NCBI GenBank assembly: GCA_963782915.1 | Contig: CAWALK010000022.1 | Coordinates: forward strand, 64,001-128,000 | Direction: 5' to 3' | Length of the DNA: 64,000 bases | From: an uncultured archaeon | GTDB taxonomy: Archaea; Thermoproteota; Bathyarchaeia; Bathyarchaeales; Bathycorpusculaceae | Shown: piece by piece, positions 52,609 to 62,652 of the stretch | How positions within the stretch are numbered: position 1 is the first letter of the stretch | Layout: each line of letters begins with the position of its first letter | The notes under the pieces: model-generated | The model's database searches: none | What the model saw: only the letters and a program-made list of their open reading frames with translations | Told to the model about the DNA's origin: nothing | Position numbers and translations under genes: made by a program

Positions 52609-53079
52609 CTATTTTTTCGTTTTAGCGGATTCTGTGCATTCTTTGTATGAGCGGGCGCAGTGCATGCAGCAAAACGCCATTTCTTTGCCGTCGATGACTT
52701 CGTGGTAGGCGCCTTCGTAGACTTTGCAGCCGCAGTGAGCACAAACAGATAGGCTTGGTTCAATTGCAATAGATACTAAGCCAGCAAATCGCTTGAATAG
52801 GCAAGTGCAGAGTTCTCTGCCTTCTACTGTTAGCTCAAAGACTTTCTTTACTTTGTCGCCGACTGGTTCCAATTTGTGTTTGACTAAGCCTTTGTTTTCA
52901 AGTTGCTCGAGGAATGGGTATACTAGGCTTGGGCTGATTTCTTTTTTGACGCGTTTTTTGAATTGGCTGATTATGCTGTAGCCGTGTGCGGGTCCTTCGT
53001 AGAGTATGGTTAGGATGTAGAAGCGGCTGAAGTCGCTGAGTAATTCGTCTATGTTTTGGGCGTTTGTGGGTTGGGTCAT
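52609..53079 (-). CDS. PadR family regulator with C-terminal TRASH-like metal-binding domain
   Basis: HGY.I, YP.L..LE..GL, LT..G; CAHCG...FCC.HC. Confidence 0.85.
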   Translation of the reverse strand: MTQPTNAQNIDELLSDFSRFYILTILYEGPAHGYSIISQFKKRVKKEISPSLVYPFLEQLENKGLVKHKLEPVGDKVKKVFELTVEGRELCTCLFKRFAGLVSIAIEPSLSVCAHCGCKVYEGAYHEVIDGKEMAFCCMHCARSYKECTESAKTKK

Positions 53080-53175
53080 GTTGCGTCTGTTTCTATTGGA
53101 GGTTTTGGGGTATTAAATGTTTATTAGATATATCTCAAAAATACACATATATCTATTCAACCCAAGGGAAAAGCC

Positions 53176-53508
53176 ATGAACGTTTGCCATTATAAATGTC
53201 TGCCAGAAAAAGAAGAAAACTGCTGCACAAAAACCACCATAATAAAACTAAACCCAAAAACTGACTCCAAATCCGCAACTGAACTCTTTGAAATGCAACC
53301 CACAGGCTACAGCCCCCTGCACAGCCATAAAGCGCAACATACAATTCTTGTACTGGAAGGCGAAGGCATAGTTTTTGACGGAGAAAAATCGGTGCCCCTA
53401 CACGCCGATGATGTAGTTTCTATAATGGCCAACGAACCCCATCAACTCAAAAACACAGGAAAAAAAGTGTTCAAATTCCTCGCCATAACCACCCAAACTA
53501 AAGAATAA
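53176..53508 (+). CDS. Cupin domain protein
   Basis: P.H.H, VLEG.G, EPH...N.G. Confidence 0.85.
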   Translation: MNVCHYKCLPEKEENCCTKTTIIKLNPKTDSKSATELFEMQPTGYSPLHSHKAQHTILVLEGEGIVFDGEKSVPLHADDVVSIMANEPHQLKNTGKKVFKFLAITTQTKE

Positions 53509-53593
53509 CACGCCATTCCCCTCAACCTCACTGTAGCTAAAAATATATGCTAGTTGTGACATCTAACTCTGGGTTCCAGAGGGGTTAAGTCCT

Positions 53594-54980
53594 TTGAAAT
53601 ATGACGTAATTATTGTAGGCGCAGGCCCAGCAGGCATCTTCTCAGCGCTAGAACTATCTGAAAAAACAAACCTAAACGTTCTCGTAATTGACAGAGGCGC
53701 AGATATTGATAAACGTAAATGCCCCTCTAAACGAGGCTTCGAATGTGTACATTGCGAGCCATGCTCTGTTCTCTCAGGTTGGGGTGGAGCAGGCGCTTAC
53801 AGTGACGGCAAACTCACATTATCCACTGAAGTAGGCGGCTGGCTAAACCAGTATGTTTCCAACAAAGAACTCCAAGCTCTCGTCAAATACTGTGACGAAA
53901 TATACATTAAATTTGGAGCAAGCAAAGAAGTCTACGGCGGCGAAAACGAGCAAGTAGACGAAATCGAACGCCAAGCATCCCTCGTTGGATTAAAGCTAAT
54001 TAAGCAAGAAGTCCGCCACATGGGCACCGACAGATGCCTTGATGTTCTAAAAGAAATGCGCGATTACCTCGACAGCAAAATCACATTCCTGCCAAAAACA
54101 GAAGTTAAAGGCCTCATCGCCGAAAACCACACAATCCAAGGCATCGAAACGGTTAGCGGCGAAAAAATCATGGCCAAATACGTCATCATCGCCCCAGGCA
54201 GAGGCGGCGCGGAGTGGCTACAAACCGAAGCTCAAATACGCGGCTTAAAAACCATCAACAACCCAGTTGACATCGGCGTCCGCGTTGAACTATTGGCTTC
54301 AGTCATGGAGAAACTAACCAAAGTCCTCTACGAACCAAAACTACTCTACTTCTCACGATCATTCGACGACCAAGTCAGAACCTTCTGCGTATCACCATAC
54401 GGCGAAGTCACCACCGAAAGCTACGACGGCGTCTTAACCGTAAACGGCGGTAGCCAAGCAGAAACAAAAACCCACAACACAAACTTCGCCATACTAGTCA
54501 GCACCCAATTCACAGAACCCTTCAAAGAACCAATCGCTTACGGCAAATACATCGCCAGACTCAGCAACCTTCTGAGCGGCGGAGTCATGGTACAACGCCT
54601 CGGCGACTTATACCACGGCAGACGCAGCACACCCAGAACGCCTCGCACACAGCGTCCTAACACCAACCCTCAAAAACGCCACCCCAGGAGACCTCAGCTT
54701 CGTCCTACCATACCGCTACTTAACCGACATCAAAGAAATGCTCGAAGCCCTCGACAAAATCGCTCCAGGAGTCGCCTCACCAGAAACTCTACTCTACGGC
54801 GTTGAAGTCAAATTCTACAGCAGCCACCTACAACTAAACAACTCTTTGGAAACCAAAATCCAGAACATGTTCACCATCGGCGACGGCGCAGGCGTAACCC
54901 GCGGCTTAATCCAAGCTTCAGCTTCGGGAGTTATCGTTGCAAGAGAAATACTCAAACGCGAAAAACTACTGAAGGCTTAG
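53594..54980 (+). CDS. FAD-dependent oxidoreductase (COG2509-like), frameshifted near 54640
   Basis: GAGPAG, G.GGAG..SDGKL, H.GTD, GVRVE, GDGAG.TRG. Confidence 0.88.
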
Positions 54981-54984
54981 TTAG

Positions 54985-55728
54985 ATGGCTGTGGCTGAAA
55001 ACATCCGTTGTTCGCATTGCGGTGCACCAGTGGAGTTTAAGCCAGGCGAACTCATCGCCACCTGCAAATACTGCGGCTTCACAACCGTCATTGAGACGGG
55101 TCAAGCCTTCAATTTCGAACATTCTATTCTCTATAACAGCTATAGCCCTGAGCAGATGGAGGGGTTAGTGCGTGATTGGATGCGCTCTGGCTTCATGAAA
55201 CCAGGAGATTTAGCTAAGAAAGCCAAAATCACCGAACAAACCCTCACTTATCTACCGTTCTGGGTGGTTTCTGTTGAAGCATCAACCAAATACAAAGGCA
55301 TCTTCGAACGCATCGCACCCCCGATTGTTAAAGAAGGGCAAATCGAAAAGAAATATGACTGGCTGGTTTTAGCTCGGCAAGCTTCCGATTTTCCAACCCG
55401 CGCCTACGACGTACCACTGGAAGGTAAGGTTCCTTATGATTTCCGAAAAATCGAAGGCTTCGCAAAATTACTTAACAGCGAAGTGGATAGGGAACAAGCT
55501 ATCGAGATGGCACGGCAGCAGATTGATGTGCATCACCGTTTTCTGCTCCAAGAAGACATCGACCGCATCGTCGAAGCCACCACTACTTTGACTCTTAAGC
55601 AGATGGTGTATTTGCATGCACCCGTCTGGTTCATACGCTATGAGTATAAGGGCAACAATTATCAGATGCTGGTTGACGGCGCTAAAGGTATGGTTTTGAA
55701 GGGCGATATACCTAACAGGAAATTCTGA
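54985..55728 (+). CDS. Zn-ribbon protein (YdjG-like)
   Basis: CSHCGAP...CKYCG, YLPFW, P.W...Y.Y.G..Y...VDG..G. Confidence 0.75.
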   Translation: MAVAENIRCSHCGAPVEFKPGELIATCKYCGFTTVIETGQAFNFEHSILYNSYSPEQMEGLVRDWMRSGFMKPGDLAKKAKITEQTLTYLPFWVVSVEASTKYKGIFERIAPPIVKEGQIEKKYDWLVLARQASDFPTRAYDVPLEGKVPYDFRKIEGFAKLLNSEVDREQAIEMARQQIDVHHRFLLQEDIDRIVEATTTLTLKQMVYLHAPVWFIRYEYKGNNYQMLVDGAKGMVLKGDIPNRKF

Positions 55729-55794
55729 TTTCGCTAACCTTTAAAAGCAAGCGTTTTTTATTAAACGGATTGCAAAACGTTGAGGAATTGAGAA

Positions 55795-56334
55795 ATGAGC
55801 GAAAATAAAGATGTTTATGCCCAAGCGAAAAGCCAAATGAGGCTCTCCGAGCGCATCGCGGCTGCGCTTCCAGGTTTCCGTGGTTACAAGGAAAAGGAGC
55901 TTCGCCGTGAATCAGACAAACTAATCAGAAACCATCTCTACCTCAAACTCTCCAAAGACAAAGATAATGTCAGGAGCATCTCTCAGAGGATAGCGGATAA
56001 ACGTTACTTAGATGTTCTAGCTGATGTTGACCGCTTAACTGCCAAGATGGATCGCATCACTGAAAAAGTGAACCATGCATCATATGGTTACGCAGGCTTC
56101 TACGACATAGTTAAAATCAAGGAGGAAAACCTTGACCGCATGATAGCGTTCGATAATCAGCTAATCGACGGCGTCAACGCCTTATCCGATTCAATCGATG
56201 CCTTCAAGGCACAACTGCTGGGCGGCGACTACTCGAACCTTAAAGATAAAGTTCAAAGCGTAACTGACAAGCTGGAATTGCTTGAAGATACGTTTGATAA
56301 AAGACAAGAAGTAATCATGGGAGTGACAGCTTAA
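55795..56334 (+). CDS. Conserved all-helical protein (PGF.GY..KE.RRE.DK motif)
   Basis: Clean ORF; stop overlaps the SPFH start (TAATG). Confidence 0.75.
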   Translation: MSENKDVYAQAKSQMRLSERIAAALPGFRGYKEKELRRESDKLIRNHLYLKLSKDKDNVRSISQRIADKRYLDVLADVDRLTAKMDRITEKVNHASYGYAGFYDIVKIKEENLDRMIAFDNQLIDGVNALSDSIDAFKAQLLGGDYSNLKDKVQSVTDKLELLEDTFDKRQEVIMGVTA

Positions 56335-57314
56335 TGCCACAAGTTATAGAATGGACAAATGTTGGCGCAGACGATATAGTTTGGCGCTACCCCAACGAAG
56401 ACATCACATGGGGCGCACAGTTAATCGTACACGAATACGAGATGGCGGTGTTCTTCCGAGACGGCAAAGCCTACGACATATTCGAAGCAGGCAGACACAC
56501 ATTAACCACCCTCAACTTGCCATTACTAACAAGCCTACTGACAAGGCTGGCTGGTTTTGGCGGCAACAAACCCTTCAAAGCCACAGTGCTATTCATCAGC
56601 AGCAAAGTCTTCGCTGGCAAATGGGGAACACGAGCCCAAACCACAGAACTCGCCCCACTACAAGCATATGGGCAATTCTGGTTCAAAGTCGGCGACGCAA
56701 CCCTATTCGTTAACGAAGTAGTCGGCGGACAAAAAGCCTACACAACAACGGACGTAAACAATTACCTACGCGGCTTCCTTAACGAGAAAATAATCGATGA
56801 ACTCAGCCACTACGACCTCGTCTCAGTCTTCACAAAACTAGATGAAACCAGCGTTATCGTCAAAAACACCATCATGGATTACTTCAAACGTGTCGGCGTA
56901 GAATTAACTGACTTACGCTTCGAAGGCATAGATACCACACCCGAATACCGTGAACGACTCTTCTGGCTCAAAACAGGACAAACCGCACCAGGCGACGTAC
57001 TACGCATGGAAACCGTCAAATCCGCAGCAGCAAGCCTCGGACAAGGAGGCGGCGGAGCAGGAGCACTCGGCGCAGGCATGGTCCTCATCCCACAAATCAT
57101 GAACCAACAAGGCGCACCACAAGCAGCCCCAGCAGCAGCACTGGTAATCTGCCCCAAATGCGGCGAAAAAGTGCCAGCTACAAGCAAATTCTGCCCCAAC
57201 TGCGGAACCAACCTCACACCACCAACACAGCAAACCATGACATGCCCCAAATGCGGCAAAACCATCCCAGCCAACAGCAAGTTCTGTCCCGAATGCGGAA
57301 ATAAAATCGGTTAG
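56334..57314 (+). CDS. SPFH/Band-7 protein with C-terminal double zinc ribbons (YdjI-like)
   Basis: IVWRYP, QLIV.E...AVF..DGK..D....GRHTL.T.NLP, KWGT; two CPKCG...FCP.CG units. Confidence 0.88.
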   Translation: MPQVIEWTNVGADDIVWRYPNEDITWGAQLIVHEYEMAVFFRDGKAYDIFEAGRHTLTTLNLPLLTSLLTRLAGFGGNKPFKATVLFISSKVFAGKWGTRAQTTELAPLQAYGQFWFKVGDATLFVNEVVGGQKAYTTTDVNNYLRGFLNEKIIDELSHYDLVSVFTKLDETSVIVKNTIMDYFKRVGVELTDLRFEGIDTTPEYRERLFWLKTGQTAPGDVLRMETVKSAAASLGQGGGGAGALGAGMVLIPQIMNQQGAPQAAPAAALVICPKCGEKVPATSKFCPNCGTNLTPPTQQTMTCPKCGKTIPANSKFCPECGNKIG

Positions 57315-57325
57315 GACCACCAGAA

Positions 57326-57677
57326 ATGAGTAGTGAAAGCAATCGGAATCTGTTAACGATCGGTGTCTTTTTCCTCACCATTGTAGTGGCGATACTGCTC
57401 TACGTGGCGGCGGTTATCACCGATTGGGTACTGATTGTGCCGTTGGTTTTCCTGTTCAACGGGCTGTGGCTGCTTGCGTTAGGCGCGATTCGGATGGGTA
57501 AACCCGTCAAGTATGAACGCAGCCCATTCAGCACCATGGCACTTGGGCTTAGCTGCAATCGCTGTGGGCGGAGCATGGTTCCTGTTCAGCTTCAACTGGA
57601 TTTACTCGCTCGTCGTGATCCTGCTGGTCGTTGCGGCATTAGCAATCGCAGCAGCATTCCAACGCCAACACAAATAA
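57326..57677 (+). CDS. Small 4-TM membrane protein (frameshift near 57550)
   Basis: Two TM helices in the ORF and two more in a shifted frame ending FQRQHK-stop. Confidence 0.65.
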
Positions 57678-57754
57678 TCTCTCGCTGAGCCGCTTTTTTG
57701 GCTCTAAACATTTTTCTATACCCCTGCATAGTCTTTTGGCAGAAGGCAAAATTG

Positions 57755-59381
57755 ATGAGCGAAGAAACCGTCGGCATGGGCACATGGTATGACATGATGG
57801 CTAAGAAAGTCATCGAACGCGAACAATCACTGAAACGCGACATGAGTAGAGTCCGCACTGAAATGGGCTTGGGCGCATCGGGTTTTCCACACATCGGAAG
57901 CTTAGGCGATGCATCCCGCAGCTACGCAGTTACGTTGGCGCTCAAAAATCTGGATTGCAATTCTGAACTTGTTGCCTTCTGCGACGATAAAGACGGGTTA
58001 CGCAAAGTCCCCGCTGGATTACCAGCAGACATAGCCCAGAATTTAGAAAAATATCTCGGTTACTCCGTTTCCACGATTCCTGATCCGTTCGGTTGCCATG
58101 AAAGCTACGGCAAACACATGAGCTCACTCTTGCTGGAAGCCCTCGACAAATGCGGCATCGAGTACAAGTATTACTCAGCCAAAGAAGTCTACGACAAAGG
58201 CTTACTCCTAAACGAAATCAGAACCATTCTAACTAACGCCAAAAAAGTAGGCGAAATCATCAAAGAAGAAGTAGGACAAGAAACCTACGGCGAAGTACTG
58301 CCGTTTTTTGCAGTTTGCGAAAAATGCGGCCACCTCTACACCACACGCGCCTACAAGTTTGACCCCAAAACCGACAAGGTCACCTACAGATGTGAAGGCC
58401 TCGAAATCAAAGGCAGGCTCATAGCTGGCTGCGGCCACGAAGGCGAAGTTGACATAAAAAGCGGCCAAGGCAAACTAACATGGAAAAGCGAATTCGCCGC
58501 ACGCTGGAAGGCACTTGACATCCGCTTTGAAGCATATGGCAAAGACATCGCTGATTCCGTGCGCATAAACGACCGCATCTGCCGCGAAGTCCTCGAATTC
58601 GAGCCCCCATCACATGCAGCATATGAAATGTTCCTCGACAAGGGCGGCAAAAAAATCAGCAAGTCGGCGGGTAACGTGTTTACACCGCAAGTCTGGTTCA
58701 ACTATGGCTCACCCCAATCACTACTACTGCTCATGCTCAAACGCTTCGTTGGCACACGTACCCTCGACGTCTCAGATATTCCAGCTTACATGAATGAACT
58801 CGACAGCCTCGAAGACGTCTACTTCGGCAAGAAACAGGTCGGCGAAAAAGAAGCCATCCGCCTCAAAGGCCTATTCCAATACTGCTACGTCATGAAGCCA
58901 CCAACCAAACCCAGCATACACGTCCCCTACAACCTCATGGCATTCCTAGTCAAAATGGCACCCAAAGACTCCATAAACGAGTACGTTGCCGAGAAGCTGC
59001 AAAGCTACGGTTACCTGCAAAAAGGCCAAGCCATCGATGCAGCACTGCAGACAACGCATAGAATACGCATTGAATTGGACACGGGACTTTGAAGAAATCA
59101 AAGAAACCTCTGTGGAACTAACCGCTGAAGAAAGAAAAGCCCTAACCCAATTAGTGCCAAACCTGCAAACCGAAGAAGACCCAGACAAAATCCAAAACGC
59201 CATATTCAACGCAGCCAAAGACAACGGCATAAAACCCGGCGCATTCTTCAAAGTGCTCTATCAAATATTGATGGGTGCACCCCAAGGGCCACGCCTCGGA
59301 CCATACGTGTTAGCTATGGGCAAAGGTAACGTTATAGCTGCATTGGAACGGGTGTTAAGCGGCAAAAAAGAAGAATCCTAA
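57755..59381 (+). CDS. lysS: Class I lysyl-tRNA synthetase (frameshift near 59050)
   Basis: SG.PHIG, D..DGLRKVP, GKL.WK, E..GKD, KISKS.GN, GPRLG. Confidence 0.95.
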
Positions 59382-59405
59382 TTTTTTTAAAACCCAAAAA
59401 GGGGT

Positions 59406-59636
59406 TTAGGTAAGCGCTGTGATCTTGTTTGCAAGTTCCTGCGCTTTAGCTGGAGCAATCAAGAGTCCAGCGGAGGTGCTTACCCATTTGGCTAATTCTG
59501 GCAGATGCTGCTTTTCCAGTGCGGCGAAGTTTAAGCCGTTCATGTGGGCGGATGTTTGGCGTTCGAGGAATTTTTGTGAAGCTGGACCAATGTAGGCGCT
59601 GGTGAGTTTGAGGATTTTATCGGATAGTTCCGTCAA
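59406..59636 (-). CDS. Small helical protein (YIGPA..FL.RQ motif), partner of the HAMP sensor
   Basis: TTG start after AGGA, 10 bp downstream of the HAMP gene. Confidence 0.7.
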   Translation of the reverse strand: MTELSDKILKLTSAYIGPASQKFLERQTSAHMNGLNFAALEKQHLPELAKWVSTSAGLLIAPAKAQELANKITALT

Positions 59637-59646
59637 TGCTGATTCC

Positions 59647-60465
59647 TCATTGCTTGTCGGTTTGTTCTTGCTCGCTCATCATGAATTTGAGGCTTGCAAC
59701 CATGCGGCTGAATGATTCTGCTAAGTCGCCGATTTCGTCTTTTCGGTTTACGTTGACTGTTACGTTCATGTTGCCTTTGCTGATTTCTTCGGCTGTAGTG
59801 TTTAGTTTCTTGAGGTCTCGAATCATAGTTAGCGAGAAGTATCCGATGATTGCCGCAGCAAACAGGACGGAGGCTCCAATGATTAAGTAAATTGTGTTGC
59901 CGATGAAGTTTTCACGTTCAAGAACGGTTGTGGCGTCCATGTCGGCTCCGATGATTACTGTTTGGCCTGAGGTGGTTTGTATGGGTGCATAACCTGAGAG
60001 GAAGGAACCATATTCGTCAGTGTAGAGATTATCGGAGGCTGAGAGGCCGTTTACTGCCTCAAAGAGTCTAGCTTCGGGTTGCTCGTATTGTTCGCCTATG
60101 GCTACGGGGTCATCTTCGGCGTCATCCGCAAGGAAAGTAACTTGTTCGCCATTAATTTTCATGGCATATATGTTTACTATGTTGGGGCTTAATGCACGGA
60201 TAGACTGCATCTTCGCAATCAAGGCAGTGTACTCGGTGGTGTTTTCTTGTCCAGCTTGCATATTATAGATTGTTTGGGCTTCGGCTGGTGTAAACTGCTG
60301 CGCGATCATACCGATGGCGTTGGCCATGTCGTCTCTTGTTGAGGCTAACATGGCGTTTTTGGTTTCGTTGTAGGTGTATAGGAAAGTGGCTGCGGATACG
60401 AATACAATTAGAATTAGAAAGCTAGCTATTAGTTTAGTTTGTAAACTATGGATTATTTTGACCAT
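59647..60465 (-). CDS. Membrane sensor: TM - Cache-like domain - TM - HAMP, with no output domain
   Basis: Two TM helices; YTDEYG.FLSGYAPI..IIGAD; HAMP (A..IS.GN....DEIG.LA.SF..M) then stop. Confidence 0.85.
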   Translation of the reverse strand: MVKIIHSLQTKLIASFLILIVFVSAATFLYTYNETKNAMLASTRDDMANAIGMIAQQFTPAEAQTIYNMQAGQENTTEYTALIAKMQSIRALSPNIVNIYAMKINGEQVTFLADDAEDDPVAIGEQYEQPEARLFEAVNGLSASDNLYTDEYGSFLSGYAPIQTTSGQTVIIGADMDATTVLERENFIGNTIYLIIGASVLFAAAIIGYFSLTMIRDLKKLNTTAEEISKGNMNVTVNVNRKDEIGDLAESFSRMVASLKFMMSEQEQTDKQ

Positions 60466-60663
60466 TTAATCGCCTTTTACAGCTTATCACGGGGAAAAAA
60501 TGTAATCAAGGTTTGTGCATCTGAAAGTTTACAGTCAACTATCCATGCAACCAAGCGTGCACCCAAAAAAGATTTTTGATAGGTAATTTGCTTCAACAAA
60601 AACCTTAACTTACATAATCCCATCATATTATTAGGCAAATTTTTGGTTAAATCGGAGGAATTT

Positions 60664-62283
60664 ATGGTTGAGTTATCCCCTAAACTAAAACCAACCAGCA
60701 AACTTCAAACAAGGGATAAAAAAGACAGTACCATAAACCAGTCTTCTTCTTGCATCACTTCTTTGGATAAGAACCGCCTCCAAGACATACTAGAGAATAT
60801 ACCGTCTGCGGTAGTTGTTTTCGAAAAACCCGATGGCAAAGTAATCTACGCCAACAAACGGGCCGTAGAGCTTCACGGCAAAAACCCCTGTGGCATCGCG
60901 CTAGAGAAACAAGCGCAGGATCTAAAAATTTTTTCTATGGAAGGAAAACCGTGCCAAACAGAAGAACTCTACACTTACAAAGCACTTTTTGAAGAAGAAA
61001 CCTTCCGAGGGGAACCCATAATTATCGAGCGCCCCGATGGCGAACGATTCATCGTTAACGTAAGCGCCAAACCACTCTACAATAAGAATGGAAAAGCCAA
61101 CGGAGCCATAGCAATCTTCGATGACGTAACAGAGCGGATGCAGACCCAAGAAGCGCTCATGGAAAGCGAAGGGCGTCTAAAGATGGCGCAGCAAATCGCC
61201 CAAATGGGCAGTTGGGAATACCATGTTAACGAGGACAGGGCAATCTGGTCAGAAGAACTATTCCGCATTTTTGGTCTTCCAATCCAAAAGTACGGTCCAA
61301 ACATCAAAGAATACTTCTCAATAATTCACCCTGAGGATCGCGAAGCTATAAACAAAGCTATGGCACTACAAACAACTGGCCACTTGTACTCTAAGGCAAG
61401 TTTTGATTACCGCATACTATGCCAAGACGGTTCCGTTCGAACGATTCATACGGAGCGTATGGTACGGGAAGTGGATGAAGCCCAAAAAGTTACTGTAATC
61501 GCTGGAATTGAACAGGACATAACTGAGCGTAAGCAGATTGAGCAAAAACTTGAAGAATACACCAAAAACCTTGAGCAATTGGTAGAAGAGCGGACTAGAC
61601 AGCTAAAAGATGCTGAGCGGTTGGCGGCTATCGGTCAAACTGCAGGCATGATTGGACACGACATCCGCAACCCCTTGCAAGCTATTACGGGGGAGCTTTA
61701 TTTGATGAAACAAGACATAGATGATTCGCCTGATAGCAAATGTAAACATGATGTGCAGGAAAGTTTGGGTTCTATACAAGAGCAAATTGATTATGTGGAT
61801 AAGATTATTGCGGATTTGCAGGATTTTGCTAGGCCGCTTAAGCCTGAACAGGTAGAAGTGGATTTATGCACCGTGATTCCCCAGTTGGTGGCAACAGTCA
61901 AAGTGCCCAGCAATGTTGAATCCCGCACTGAATGCGACCGTCTATTGCCAAAGGTCAAGGTGGACTTGACTTTTCTCAAAAGGGTCCTTGTGAACTTGAC
62001 GACTAACGCGGTTCAGGCGATGCCAAACGGCGGCAAATTAACCATAAAAGCCATCCAACAAGACAGCAACGTCATCATAACAGTCACCGACACAGGCAGC
62101 GGCATCCCAGACGAGATTAAACCAAAAATTTTTCAGCCACTAATGACCACCAAAGCCAAAGGCCAAGGCTTCGGCTTAGCAGTAGTGAAACGGTTGGTTG
62201 AAGCTCAGGGCGGCACTATAACCTTTGAAAGCAAAGTCGGCGAAGGGGCACAATTCAAAATAACGTTCCCAAAAACAGCTTAA
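60664..62283 (+). CDS. Soluble PAS-PAS histidine kinase
   Basis: PAS motifs; H-box GHDIRNPL, N-box NL..NA.QA, G1 DTG.GI, G2 G.G.GL. Confidence 0.93.
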   Translation: MVELSPKLKPTSKLQTRDKKDSTINQSSSCITSLDKNRLQDILENIPSAVVVFEKPDGKVIYANKRAVELHGKNPCGIALEKQAQDLKIFSMEGKPCQTEELYTYKALFEEETFRGEPIIIERPDGERFIVNVSAKPLYNKNGKANGAIAIFDDVTERMQTQEALMESEGRLKMAQQIAQMGSWEYHVNEDRAIWSEELFRIFGLPIQKYGPNIKEYFSIIHPEDREAINKAMALQTTGHLYSKASFDYRILCQDGSVRTIHTERMVREVDEAQKVTVIAGIEQDITERKQIEQKLEEYTKNLEQLVEERTRQLKDAERLAAIGQTAGMIGHDIRNPLQAITGELYLMKQDIDDSPDSKCKHDVQESLGSIQEQIDYVDKIIADLQDFARPLKPEQVEVDLCTVIPQLVATVKVPSNVESRTECDRLLPKVKVDLTFLKRVLVNLTTNAVQAMPNGGKLTIKAIQQDSNVIITVTDTGSGIPDEIKPKIFQPLMTTKAKGQGFGLAVVKRLVEAQGGTITFESKVGEGAQFKITFPKTA

Positions 62284-62368
62284 CACTGGCTTTTGGGACC
62301 ACTATTTTTAAGTTCAAGCTCCGTATTTAGTATTCTGCCCTTTTATTTTGGGGCGCAAAAGAATGTGT

Positions 62369-62447
62369 GGGCTCGTCGTCTAGTACGGATTAGGGCACCG
62401 GCCTGCGGAGCCGGACGTCAGGGGTTCAAATCCCCTCGGGCCCGCCA
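62369..62447 (+). tRNA. tRNA-Arg(GCG) with encoded CCA
   Basis: Acceptor stem GGGCTCG/CGGGCCC; anticodon arm CCGGC-CTGCGGA-GCCGG; T arm AGGGG-TTCAAAT-CCCCT. Confidence 0.95.
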
Positions 62448-62652
62448 CTATTTTACTTATTGCAGCATAGTTAAGCTCGGTCTAACTATCGTGTTGTATA
62501 TTGACAATTCTATCTTAAAATTAACCAAAGGTCCGTTTGAGTATTACTTGTGCCGTGTAATGGGCGCCTAATGCTGTTATGGCAAAATGTTTTATGCTAA
62601 TATATGCATAGAAAACAAGTGTGTTGCCCAACGCAGCTTTGAAGGTTTTATT

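Noticed and set aside
4954-59381. Many split genes (sufS, iscS, hel308, asnB, DUF354, pyrC, trpB2, ABC permease, oxidoreductase, lysS and others) as pseudogenes or programmed frameshifts
   Set aside because: Single-base indels hit essential genes, motifs stay intact on both sides, and I saw no shared slippery site; best explained as long-read or consensus errors
62293-62571. 92-aa ORF
   Set aside because: Overlaps tRNA-Arg; shadow ORF
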